A DNA stretch of 64,000 nucleotides from an uncultured virus (IMG/VR IMGVR_UViG_3300032335_000575) (lineage: Duplodnaviria > Heunggongvirae > Uroviricota > Caudoviricetes), in the IMG/VR virus record IMGVR_UViG_3300032335_000575, one strand, 5' to 3'. Below are positions 17,168 to 25,956 of this stretch, piece after piece; position 1 is the stretch's first letter, and the number at the start of each line of letters is the position of its first letter. The position numbers were made by a program, and so were the translations under genes. The notes under the pieces were generated by a model, which saw only the letters and a list, made by a program, of their open reading frames with translations, did not search any database and had not been told where the DNA came from.

Positions 17168-17487
17168 TCAATTAACTCCTGAAGTCTCTGGCGTAGTTCC
17201 AGAAAGTCATCTTCAGTTAGCATCACATAATTTTCATTGTTGAGACTAAAACCGAGGACAGGCATACGACTGTCAAGAATTGCTTCTGTAACAATCTTTT
17301 CTAGAACCGTAGCTTTAATAGTTACGGTGGCTTTGCCAGTCCACTTGTGTTCTATTAACAAGTCTTTAGACCGAACATCACCTTTACGACTCCAAAATGC
17401 ACCGCTGGCAGCTATACGCTGTCCACCTACTGCTTTTGCTAGTCGGTCCTCATGCTTCTTCGACTCCTTTTGTCCTTTACTCCTCAT
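17143..17487 (-). CDS. Hjc-like PD-(D/E)XK endonuclease/resolvase
   Basis: E...A...GG....SGA....KGDV......IEHK. Confidence 0.75.
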   Translation of the reverse strand: MRSKGQKESKKHEDRLAKAVGGQRIAASGAFWSRKGDVRSKDLLIEHKWTGKATVTIKATVLEKIVTEAILDSRMPVLGFSLNNENYVMLTEDDFLELRQRLQELIECTKTSDT

Positions 17488-18529
17488 TCTCGGCTACCAA
17501 CTTGGAGCCTGCCTTGATAGAGTCAAGTACATCGCGTTCTAAAGTCTCTTTTAAATCAATTTCTTCCCGTATTGCGTCAAGCATAGCATCTGAACCCTGC
17601 CATTGTCTATCCGCGTAACGGTAGTAGGCACCTGCTCTGCTAATTACCTTGTTTAATATACCAATAGCCAAGATTTCTTTAGCAAAATCAATATCTCCAG
17701 CATGTAGGCCGTTGCCCTTTGAGAAATAGAAGTCAAAAGTAGCCACCTGTGATGGTGGGGCTGACTTGTTCTTGATAACTCTGGCCTTGATACTCTGACC
17801 TACACGGCGCTTATCTTGTCCAGTTCCTACCTCAATCCAGTCATCACGACGGACTTCAATACGGGTAAAGAACGCATAGTCCTTACCCAAACCACCTGGG
17901 GTAGTGCGTGGGTCACCATACATAACACCAATCTTGGAGCGCCACTGGTTAATAACAATACCAATAAACGGGCGCTCTTCTTCTGTAAGACTTCTTTTAG
18001 ATGCTTTGCCTACTTTACGAAAAAACTTATTAGTTAGAAGAGCGCTACGACCTACAGTAGATTCCTCCATCTCCTTATCGTTTTCTGTTGTAGGGACCAA
18101 GGCAGGTAAAGAATCAAGAACAATACAATCGACCGCTTTACTTTCTGTAAGTTGGATGACAGATTCATATGCTTGCTCCATAACGTTAGTTGAAACTACG
18201 TATACACGAGTGGAGTCTACGCCACACATTTCTGCATATGTAGGAACCCACTGCTCTGCTGCTACCCACACAGTTGTAAACTCTGGGTCGCGCTTTTGAT
18301 TAGCAGCAATAGTTTTTAATGCAATAGCAGTCTTACCATTACTAGCTTCACCAATGATTTCATGCCACTGGTTTACTGGCCACCCACCGCCTAATGCAAC
18401 ATCTAGTGATACTGAGCCAGTTGTGTAACGCTGAGCAACATCAGTCTTAATGTCAGACCCGAGAATGATGGTGTCATCCCCGTACTTCTTGTTAATATTC
18501 TTTAAGACTTTTATTAGCTCTGCATTCAT
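17477..18529 (-). CDS. recA: RecA recombinase
   Basis: TGS.SLD.ALGGG.P, GEASNGKT, VLDS, INQ.R.KIGVMYGDP.TTPGG. Confidence 0.96.
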   Translation of the reverse strand: MNAELIKVLKNINKKYGDDTIILGSDIKTDVAQRYTTGSVSLDVALGGGWPVNQWHEIIGEASNGKTAIALKTIAANQKRDPEFTTVWVAAEQWVPTYAEMCGVDSTRVYVVSTNVMEQAYESVIQLTESKAVDCIVLDSLPALVPTTENDKEMEESTVGRSALLTNKFFRKVGKASKRSLTEEERPFIGIVINQWRSKIGVMYGDPRTTPGGLGKDYAFFTRIEVRRDDWIEVGTGQDKRRVGQSIKARVIKNKSAPPSQVATFDFYFSKGNGLHAGDIDFAKEILAIGILNKVISRAGAYYRYADRQWQGSDAMLDAIREEIDLKETLERDVLDSIKAGSKLVAENEE

Positions 18530-18879
18530 TAAATGTGTCCTATGATTGTGTTTGGATTAAAACCGCCTGCTTGTACTTGTTTTGCTGCTTGAGTAGGACC
18601 GTCTGCTCTTGGACTATTTACTCCAGAAACACCAGTTCCAGATTGAACAATTGGATAACCGCAATCATAGCAGCGTTTGCGAGACTCAGGTGTTGCACCA
18701 CCATAGTTATTACTTCCACAACCTGGACAACGTTCTGCTAATGGAACTGTCTGTTGAACTGTTGGGTATGAAGGTGGTTGTTGATAAACTGGTTGCTGTG
18801 GTTGAGCCTGTGGTGTTACAGGTTGAGGTCGTGGAGCGGGTGTGCCCCCTAATTTATTAGCCCACCAATTACTGCTCAT
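18529..18879 (-). CDS. Pro/Gln-rich Zn-ribbon protein
   Basis: CPGC...CYDCG. Confidence 0.7.
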   Translation of the reverse strand: MSSNWWANKLGGTPAPRPQPVTPQAQPQQPVYQQPPSYPTVQQTVPLAERCPGCGSNNYGGATPESRKRCYDCGYPIVQSGTGVSGVNSPRADGPTQAAKQVQAGGFNPNTIIGHI

Positions 18880-19372
18880 CGTCCTCTTCCTTTCTGTAAG
18901 CCAGGTCTGTTGCGTGAACTTCCCCAGGCACTATTAAACCAAGTTTCATGGCGCTTGACAAGCCCCCTAACAAAGATGAAAAACCAATCATCCTATACAT
19001 CATATGCATCATTTCGGTTTCTCTTTCAATTTCTTTTTCTAAGAAACCGTCTGGCTCTCGTTTTTTAATCTCATCTACTTGCATAGCAACAATGACATCA
19101 GCACCTAACTCTGCAATCGTAGATATAAAAGGTATTAGATATTCAATCTCATCTAAGCGTGAGTCGCTTTCACCCTCCTCATGCTCATGCCCCTCATCAC
19201 TTACTGGGTTCATACCTAGTAGTAATGCTAACTCGTTAGGGTGCTCAGCTAAATCTGTATCGTATAGATACCAACGCATTAGTGTACCTAGCGGTATCTC
19301 TTCTTTAAAATGCTCAAAAGATACATTAATTGGGTCACCATTTTTTTTAAAAAAACGACTAAACCAACTCAC
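18869..19372 (-). CDS. hypothetical protein
   Basis: GTG start overlapping the polA stop (GTGA), GGAGAGG RBS. Confidence 0.7.
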   Translation of the reverse strand: MSWFSRFFKKNGDPINVSFEHFKEEIPLGTLMRWYLYDTDLAEHPNELALLLGMNPVSDEGHEHEEGESDSRLDEIEYLIPFISTIAELGADVIVAMQVDEIKKREPDGFLEKEIERETEMMHMMYRMIGFSSLLGGLSSAMKLGLIVPGEVHATDLAYRKEEDDEQ

Positions 19373-21339
19373 TTTGCCTCTCCCCATCGCTGGACAACCT
19401 TTACATCTGCAATAAGTGGTACCTCTAGTAAGTTGATGCCTTCCATTGCTTCTCTAATAGCCTCTTTTGTTTCTTCAACAAGGTTGTCTGGGGTTAAAGT
19501 AACAAGTTCATCGTGTACGGTTAACAAGATACTAGCCCCCTCAGGAATCATCTGATGAGCCCTAATCATAGCAAGCTTCATGATGTCAGCAGCAGACCCT
19601 TGGATACGTGTGTTGAACGCCTGACGCTCAGCCCCGCCACGCTTTAGGAAATCTCTAGAGTTAATTTCAGGTAAGTAACGCTTGCGCCCCATCAGGGTGG
19701 ATACATACTGTTTACTTCTAGTAGCCCCAATAACCTTAATGCGATAGATATTTACGGACTTAAACTTATCCGCAAAGTTTCCTAATAAAGTACGCGCTTC
19801 GGTAACGGTGCAACCAATAGAACGAGCAATCTTATCTGGACCTACTCCGTACGCCATAGATAGAACAAGAACTTTTCCAGCTTGACGGTTTACCTTCATG
19901 ACATCTCCAACAGTTGTATAGATGTCTCCACCTTCTACATAGTTTTTAACCATGGTTGGGTCCTTAGACATAGAAGCAATGATGCGAGGTTCAATCTGTG
20001 AGTAGTCAGCGACCACTAGTTTGTATCCTGGCGGTGCATAGAACAGGTTACGGATAGCCTTACCATGCGCAGTAGCGGGGTTAGGAACGTTCTGTAAGTT
20101 TGGGTTACGGCTAGAGAAGCGACCAGTCTCAGCTCCGTGTTGGATGAAGTCAGCGTGGATGCGCCCATCAACTAATAGGCTTTCTTTGTACTCTACTTTA
20201 GATTTACCACCAACTGTACGAACAACGTCACCGCCCAGATATGGGATTACGTATGTGCTCTGTAACTTATTTAAGTCTGCGTAGGTAAGCAAAGCGTGTA
20301 CTAGCAAGTTCTTCTCACGGTAAGGCTCTAAGGCCTCGGCTGACACGGAATAATCCATGTAGTCAAGGTCCATGCCTTTCATCTCTTTGTCTTGACCTTT
20401 TGCAGTAAGAATCTTTGGGCTTAGTCCCTGCCCTCCATCAGACTTCTTGCTGTATAGGAGATATTGCTTTTCTTGGTTGGAGTTGATATTAAATACACGT
20501 CCAGCAATCTTATAAATCTCTGACCTAGCTTTTTCTATGTCTATTTCTAGTTGAGTATTAAGTACGGCTAATTGCTCAGTGTCAATAGGTGCGCCGTGCA
20601 ACTTCATATGACATAGGACTTCTAAGACACCCATCTCTAGGTTCATGATGTTATCTAGGTCAGCTTCTGTAAGCTTTTTAGCTACTTCTTTCCATAGTAA
20701 GAAAGTGTACTTAGCATCTAAGTATGCGTATTTAGCTACAGTACTAAACGGATGAACCTCTACCTGAGCACCAACGCCTTTCTCCATATCATAACCCAAC
20801 TCACGCTTTAAACAATCATCAAGGCCACACTTGTTTTTATTACGGTTGTCATATACAAATGAACCGACCATGGTGTCAAAGTAAGGGCCAGTAGGTATCT
20901 GCTTATCTAAGTACTTGGCAACAGAACATAGGTCAAAGACTAGGTTATGTCCTACTTTTAACTTGTCGCTAAAAAATAAAGGTTTTAATGCTTCAAAGAC
21001 TTCGGCTGGGAAGAGTTGTTCAGGAGCAGGGCCGAAAGTTTTAGTAGCTTTTTTGCGGTCACGAGAGTAATCACTCTCTCTAGCCTGTAAGCCCGCGAGA
21101 ACGCGCTTCTCCCCTTGCCCCGTGAGTGGGAAGCTCTCTGATATAAATTCACCATTTGGGTGGCCCAACGGAATAACATCCCCGCGACCATGTGTCGCAA
21201 GGCTAATCCATAATACTTGGTTGACAACTGGGACTCCTCGTCTTGCTCCAACAGTTTCTACGTCAAAAGCAAAAGCATCTTGCTTAAGATAGTAAGCAAC
21301 CATCTCATCTAGTTGTTCTCTTGTTGTAATGATGTTCAA
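19369..21339 (-). CDS. polA: Family A DNA polymerase (3'-5' exonuclease plus polymerase)
   Basis: FDVET, GHN..FD, YA..DA, TGRFSS..PNLQN, DYSQIE, IQGSAAD, VHDE; TTG start 6 nt after AAGGGG preferred over the ATG at 21369. Confidence 0.95.
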   Translation of the reverse strand: MNIITTREQLDEMVAYYLKQDAFAFDVETVGARRGVPVVNQVLWISLATHGRGDVIPLGHPNGEFISESFPLTGQGEKRVLAGLQARESDYSRDRKKATKTFGPAPEQLFPAEVFEALKPLFFSDKLKVGHNLVFDLCSVAKYLDKQIPTGPYFDTMVGSFVYDNRNKNKCGLDDCLKRELGYDMEKGVGAQVEVHPFSTVAKYAYLDAKYTFLLWKEVAKKLTEADLDNIMNLEMGVLEVLCHMKLHGAPIDTEQLAVLNTQLEIDIEKARSEIYKIAGRVFNINSNQEKQYLLYSKKSDGGQGLSPKILTAKGQDKEMKGMDLDYMDYSVSAEALEPYREKNLLVHALLTYADLNKLQSTYVIPYLGGDVVRTVGGKSKVEYKESLLVDGRIHADFIQHGAETGRFSSRNPNLQNVPNPATAHGKAIRNLFYAPPGYKLVVADYSQIEPRIIASMSKDPTMVKNYVEGGDIYTTVGDVMKVNRQAGKVLVLSMAYGVGPDKIARSIGCTVTEARTLLGNFADKFKSVNIYRIKVIGATRSKQYVSTLMGRKRYLPEINSRDFLKRGGAERQAFNTRIQGSAADIMKLAMIRAHQMIPEGASILLTVHDELVTLTPDNLVEETKEAIREAMEGINLLEVPLIADVKVVQRWGEAK

Positions 21340-21356
21340 TTGATACCCCTTAAGAG

Positions 21357-21403
21357 TCTGGGGAGCCATATTAGAAAGGGGATTAAGAACATGGCTCCCC
21401 AGA
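21357..21403 (-). promoter_or_regulatory. 13-bp hairpin with C-rich loop directly upstream of the polA RBS
   Basis: TCTGGGGAGCCAT/ATGGCTCCCCAGA with a 21-nt loop. Confidence 0.7.
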
Positions 21404-21413
21404 ACGCTAGTTG

Positions 21414-22079
21414 TTAGAGAAGTGAGTTGGCGATTTCTTCAAGTTCCGCCCATGTGTGTTCCTTGATAACGGAACGTTCGAACGGCTTGACTTCGGCAAC
21501 ACCCTTTTCTGCCATGTCTGAATCGATTCCCCAGTCTTCCATGAGGTCGCGAGACTTAACTGCGTTGAGGTGATACACAGTTTGCTGCATCTTTCCAGTG
21601 CGGCTGATAGCCCAGTAGTTCTTGGTCAAAGGACCTTGTGGTGAGAACTCTGCTGCGTACAATGTTTTGTACAAGCGTGGGCTTGCGATAAGCATCTGAC
21701 GTACAACACCTGCTGGAGTAACCACTGCAATAGTGAATGCTCGCTTGTCCTCAGGCTTGCTGCCTAGCTTTACGCATAGTGGGTCGTTAGCCCCAAGTGA
21801 TACATACGAGCGCTTGCCTACAGTTTTCTGCTGTAGGAAGTGCTGCTTGTAGATAGCAAAGGGACCATTCTGGTCAATGAACTTAACAATTGTGAACTCA
21901 CCATCAACAAATTTAAATTCTGTTGGGTAGTCACCTGCGGATACGGTGAGCTTTTCGGCTGCATCCCATCCTGATAGTACTGCGTTACTGCTTGATTGAG
22001 TCGGACGCTCATCAATTTGTGAGTCCACTGAGAACTCGTCTACTTTTGGAAGAAAATCTTCCGTGCGATTGATTGACAT
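21414..22079 (-). CDS. probable single-stranded DNA-binding protein
   Basis: Upstream of polA; KF.D..PF..Y.QH, D.PLC, YW..SR.G pattern; start MSIN after AAGGA. Confidence 0.65.
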   Translation of the reverse strand: MSINRTEDFLPKVDEFSVDSQIDERPTQSSSNAVLSGWDAAEKLTVSAGDYPTEFKFVDGEFTIVKFIDQNGPFAIYKQHFLQQKTVGKRSYVSLGANDPLCVKLGSKPEDKRAFTIAVVTPAGVVRQMLIASPRLYKTLYAAEFSPQGPLTKNYWAISRTGKMQQTVYHLNAVKSRDLMEDWGIDSDMAEKGVAEVKPFERSVIKEHTWAELEEIANSLL

Positions 22080-22080
22080 A

Positions 22081-22554
22081 TCATTCCTTTGTTTCGTTTG
22101 TTTTAGCATCTTCGACTTGGATACGTTTCCAAGTATCAGCAATAGCATTTGTTAATTGCTGATTTGGCCAGTCTATACGTTTCACGTGCAAAACTCCAGA
22201 CTTACCAAACAGTTCAACAACTGCTTCTATCTGGGCCCGAGAGTACAGTCTCCGACCTTTATGGTCATCCCCATTACGGTTCTTCTTTGTGGGAAGTCGG
22301 TAAGGTGATGGCGGTAGGTATCCCTCTTTAATCCATGTACGGACTGTTATTACAGGTCTTCCTAACGCTTGTGCGAGAGCGCCAATGGTATAGAACTCTA
22401 TGTCTTTACCATTAGGTAGAGTCTTTTTATAGGATTTTGTATCCCATGTATCTGGAACATCTACCTCGGGCTTTTTTGATTCCCGACGCTTTCGTTTACT
22501 GTTTGGATAATAAGTATCCAAATCAGAAAACATCTTATCTATTTCGTCTGACAT
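22081..22554 (-). CDS. MerR-like HTH DNA-binding protein
   Basis: YTIGALA..LGR...TVR.W...G.LP...R.YS. Confidence 0.85.
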   Translation of the reverse strand: MSDEIDKMFSDLDTYYPNSKRKRRESKKPEVDVPDTWDTKSYKKTLPNGKDIEFYTIGALAQALGRPVITVRTWIKEGYLPPSPYRLPTKKNRNGDDHKGRRLYSRAQIEAVVELFGKSGVLHVKRIDWPNQQLTNAIADTWKRIQVEDAKTNETKE

Positions 22555-22563
22555 TTAAGCTTA

Positions 22564-22974
22564 TTACTTTCCTACGATAAATGCATAAGTAACTTTAGAT
22601 GGGAACATTGTGTCAATGTCATCCTCTGTTAAATACCCCTCATAGAAAGCAGCCATGATTGCTGCCTCATCAATTTGTGGAACCATCTTAATACACTTAT
22701 CGCGGATACCTTTTTTAGTAAGGATATCTTCTGCTACATCCATGTCTAGGTTTTTTGCAACACGACGTTGCTTCATAATAGTTACATCTTGTTCCTCTGA
22801 CATCTCTGCAGGGACTGTAAGAACGATGTGACCGCGTTCATCGGCGGCGCCAAACTCATCAATAGACTGAGTTAGTCGACCTTTAATTTCTGTTTGTCTT
22901 TTACTTAAAAAATCTACTTCATCTTTAAGTTTTTGATATTGATTAATAAACGAGCGGATAGCTGTTGTATCCAT
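22564..22974 (-). CDS. hypothetical coiled-coil protein
   Basis: AGGGG RBS; follows a promoter. Confidence 0.7.
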   Translation of the reverse strand: MDTTAIRSFINQYQKLKDEVDFLSKRQTEIKGRLTQSIDEFGAADERGHIVLTVPAEMSEEQDVTIMKQRRVAKNLDMDVAEDILTKKGIRDKCIKMVPQIDEAAIMAAFYEGYLTEDDIDTMFPSKVTYAFIVGK

Positions 22975-23004
22975 GAAAATCCCCTATCTGTTGAACTTGG
23001 TTAT

Positions 23005-23034
23005 AACCTAATACCAAGCCCTGGGGTCTGTCAA
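23005..23034 (-). promoter_or_regulatory. sigma70/SigA-type promoter
   Basis: TTGACA-N18-TAGGTT. Confidence 0.7.
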
Positions 23035-23038
23035 CTTA

Positions 23039-23182
23039 TTATTTGGCGTTGTTAGCCTTGATGCCTCTGTAGCCAGTTTTCTTCTTGTTCATGCTACCAG
23101 GCTTCTTATAACCAGAGCCATTGGGGGTTGACGCTTGACGCTGAGCCAGGGCCTTGGCAATCTTATCGTGGTGCTTGCCCAT
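23039..23182 (-). CDS. 47-aa basic microprotein
   Basis: Hand-translated MGKHHDKIAKALAQRQASTPNGSGYKKPGSMNKKKTGYRGIKANNAK. Confidence 0.7.
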   Translation of the reverse strand: MGKHHDKIAKALAQRQASTPNGSGYKKPGSMNKKKTGYRGIKANNAK

Positions 23183-23183
23183 G

Positions 23184-23327
23184 TTACTTGTTAAGGTAAT
23201 CTTCTAGCGCCTTAATAATGACGCTGGTAACTGTAATTTTTTCTGCCTTAGCCTTCTTCTGGACAGCAGTCCAAAGGCTATCAGAGACGCGGATAGTACG
23301 CGTTGGTGTCTTAGGTGCGTTAGGCAT
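23184..23327 (-). CDS. ribbon-helix-helix DNA-binding protein (47 aa)
   Basis: TPTRTIRVSD.LW.....KA....TVT.VI..AL..Y; the longer track ORF would overlap tRNAs. Confidence 0.85.
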   Translation of the reverse strand: MPNAPKTPTRTIRVSDSLWTAVQKKAKAEKITVTSVIIKALEDYLNK

Positions 23328-23369
23328 CCTACAAGTATACCTGCCCAACGATAATCGTTGGGTGTAAAG

Positions 23370-23440
23370 CTCCCACCCATGGATTCGAACCACGATAGAC
23401 GCCTCCAGAGGGCGCCGTCCTGCCGTTAGACGAGGTGGGA
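23370..23440 (-). tRNA. tRNA-Gln(CTG)
   Basis: Cloverleaf TCCCACC/GGTGGGA, anticodon loop CTCTGGA, TTCGAAT; CCA not encoded. Confidence 0.93.
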
Positions 23441-23441
23441 C

Positions 23442-23517
23442 TGGAGCGGTTGACGAGGCTCGAACTCGCGACCTGCACCTTGGCAAGGTGCCGCTCTACC
23501 AACTGAGCTACAACCGC
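23442..23517 (-). tRNA. tRNA-Gly(GCC)
   Basis: GCGGTTG/CAACCGC, loop TTGCCAA, encoded CCA. Confidence 0.96.
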
Positions 23518-23521
23518 ATTG

Positions 23522-23594
23522 CTGCCCCACCTGGGCTCGAACCAGGGACCTAGCGATTAACAGTCGCTCGCTCTGCCAGCTGAGCTATAGGGCA
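23522..23594 (-). tRNA. tRNA-Asn(GTT)
   Basis: TGCCCTA/TGGGGCA, loop CTGTTAA, TTCGAGC; CCA not encoded. Confidence 0.94.
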
Positions 23595-25184
23595 TTAAAC
23601 ATTTGCTGCAAGTAAAAACTGTCTTAAACTACCAACACTCAATGGTACTCCACCATCTTCTGTCATACCAGTGCCGTCAATGATAGCGCTAGCAACAGAG
23701 TTTTTCTGTTGCAGCGCCTCATGTTGACGTTCTTCAATTGAGCCAGCGATAAGAATATCTTGGATTACGATTGTGGGCCACGTGGAGGACGCTCTTTGAA
23801 TACGACCATTCCTTTGCGTAGCGTTTCCTGAACTCCAAGGTAAATCATAGTTGATAAGAAGGTTAGCAGCAGGGAGGTCCACACCGTAGCCCCCAGCATC
23901 AGAGCTAACAAGAACACGAATAGCGGGGTCAGTGTTGAAGGCGACTTTATTGTCTTCTTTGGTTTTAGCATCTAGTTTTCCCGAGTACTTTCTACATATG
24001 TCAACGCCCAGTGCGTCAACAATTTTGTCTAACATATCAACGTAAGTAGCAAATATAACTACCTTGTTGTCTTCGCTTTGTTCTAGGTGGTCTTTTACAT
24101 ATTGAACTAGGTAATCTAATTTAAGTGAGCTTGTTACTCCATCTAAACGACCAGTGTCTACGAGCTCTGCAATGTAAGCTGAACCCTCTCCACCCATCTG
24201 TTTAAACTTCTTAGCACTAGTTGTTAACAACTCTGGATGAGAGCACAGCATTTTAAGGGCGCCAATCTTAGACATAATTTTTCCACGCATCTCGTCTTCT
24301 GGACCACCCCTACGAGACTCAACACCGTAGTGAGCTAGGAGATTAAAGTTGTGCCCAAATAAATCTTGAGCTTCATCTAAGTCACTGATTAAATCAGCAG
24401 TTATTTGGCTGTATAGCTTAGAAGCTTTGCGGTCAAAAACAATCTTTATAGGGTCTTTGTGGATAGTGTCTGGAAGATAGGGAGCAACATCGGGGTCTTT
24501 CTGAGCTTTACGTACAGAAGCCTCTTTCATCTTCTCGTGCAAAGTCTTTAAGTTACGGTAATACTGTGGCGCACCCCAAGAATTTCTTACAATAAAAGCG
24601 GCATCAAAGATGTCAAACCTACCAAGTACGTTGGCGTCAACGAACTGCATAATGCTGTACAGCTCTTCAGGCTTACCGTTTTCAATTGGAGTACCAGTGA
24701 GTGCAAATCTAAATGGCGCATTTACTAACTTCTTTACTGCTCGGGAGCGTTTGGATTTAAAAGACTTGATGGCTGTGGCTTCGTCAAGGACGACAAATCC
24801 TCGTGGTAATTCCTTGATGGTATCCCAGTCGTTAACAACTTGCTCATAGTTAAGGACAATGTAATCAACCCCTGTATTCCGCCAGTCCATTGCTTCGGCG
24901 TATTGTTCTGCACGTTTCTTCGGCGTTCCATCAATGACCAGAGCTTTAGAAGTTCCATTGGTAAATTTCTCAATCTGATTAGCCCATTGGTATTTGAGGC
25001 TAGACAGACAAATTATAAGCCCTGGTTCAGTAATTCGGCTAGCATCCATCAAACGTTCTATAGCAGCAATAGTCAAGACAGTCTTACCCAAACCAAGGTC
25101 ATAGGCAACCAGCATCTTTTGACGCTCGCACATGCGGTCGACAGCCTCAGGCTGGTAAGGGAGAAGGGTGCCAGTAAAAGTCAC
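23595..25184 (-). CDS. SNF2-family helicase
   Basis: L.PYQ, DLGLGKT, LDEA, LTGTP.EN, G..G.DL, Q..GRI.R. Confidence 0.93.
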   Translation of the reverse strand: MTFTGTLLPYQPEAVDRMCERQKMLVAYDLGLGKTVLTIAAIERLMDASRITEPGLIICLSSLKYQWANQIEKFTNGTSKALVIDGTPKKRAEQYAEAMDWRNTGVDYIVLNYEQVVNDWDTIKELPRGFVVLDEATAIKSFKSKRSRAVKKLVNAPFRFALTGTPIENGKPEELYSIMQFVDANVLGRFDIFDAAFIVRNSWGAPQYYRNLKTLHEKMKEASVRKAQKDPDVAPYLPDTIHKDPIKIVFDRKASKLYSQITADLISDLDEAQDLFGHNFNLLAHYGVESRRGGPEDEMRGKIMSKIGALKMLCSHPELLTTSAKKFKQMGGEGSAYIAELVDTGRLDGVTSSLKLDYLVQYVKDHLEQSEDNKVVIFATYVDMLDKIVDALGVDICRKYSGKLDAKTKEDNKVAFNTDPAIRVLVSSDAGGYGVDLPAANLLINYDLPWSSGNATQRNGRIQRASSTWPTIVIQDILIAGSIEERQHEALQQKNSVASAIIDGTGMTEDGGVPLSVGSLRQFLLAANV

Positions 25185-25417
25185 AGAGGAATCTCGTTAA
25201 CTTTGTCTTTAGACCAGTGTATGTAAGACCTAATATAAACAATAGCGTAGGCAAGGGCGGAGAATATAAAACCGTACTGGTCAGTAATAAGAGCGTAGGT
25301 AATCCACAGGAACTCATTAAACAACAAGACAAGCCAACCCCAAATAGTTTTACGACCTACAAAATAGATTCCAGAAACACCTATTACAGCTAGTACCCAA
25401 GACCAATACTGCATCAC
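25181..25417 (-). CDS. small PnuC-like membrane protein
   Basis: Three hydrophobic segments, GRK..WGW, W..YA....QYGF. Confidence 0.6.
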   Translation of the reverse strand: MMQYWSWVLAVIGVSGIYFVGRKTIWGWLVLLFNEFLWITYALITDQYGFIFSALAYAIVYIRSYIHWSKDKVNEIPL

Positions 25418-25956
25418 ATGTAGCCTCTCATCCTTGTATTAATTAAAACCTTAAGGTCTTCCAGCGTACCATTGTTGACAAATATCTGGTCAACCTTCTC
25501 CCCTTCCATAGCAGTTTCGGATGCGTGAGCATTTACTGGAAGAACTCCACTGCGCTTTATGCGCCAAATCTGTGCGTTATCATAGCCTCTAATAGCCTTA
25601 GCTTCATTTGGGTATCTAACATCAGTGATGACGTAATTAACTTCACCAAACAACTGAAGCCCACTTAAAGCCTGGTTTACCCAAAACATATCACCAAAAG
25701 TTTTACGAGCACCGACACCTAAACTCTGTAGCATAGTGCGAATTTCTGGGAAAGCAGTCTTGGCAACATCCCAACCGTAACTATCAACAACTGGTTGGAC
25801 CCTATACCCACCATCTTTAACTATAGGGTTCATCTCATAAAGAAGTTTGCGTATAGGGTCAGCAAAAGCTATCCGTTGATACCCATAGTTTTCTACAAGG
25901 ATATTAGCAACTGAGTCTTTGCCAGATTGTGCATAACCTGTAAGTCCAATAATCAA
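25414..25956 (-). CDS. deoxynucleoside monophosphate kinase
   Basis: IIGLTG.A.SGKD, FADP, R..LQ..G, ITDVR..NE, H.SE. Confidence 0.92.
   Translation of the reverse strand: MIIGLTGYAQSGKDSVANILVENYGYQRIAFADPIRKLLYEMNPIVKDGGYRVQPVVDSYGWDVAKTAFPEIRTMLQSLGVGARKTFGDMFWVNQALSGLQLFGEVNYVITDVRYPNEAKAIRGYDNAQIWRIKRSGVLPVNAHASETAMEGEKVDQIFVNNGTLEDLKVLINTRMRGYM

Noticed and set aside
19341..19355. T8A7 run as a programmed frameshift site
   Set aside because: It lies near the start of an intact ORF (FFKKN), and no meaningful alternative-frame product is evident
23328..23486. N-terminal half of the 100-aa track ORF
   Set aside because: It overlaps two tRNA genes; the real RHH gene starts at 23327
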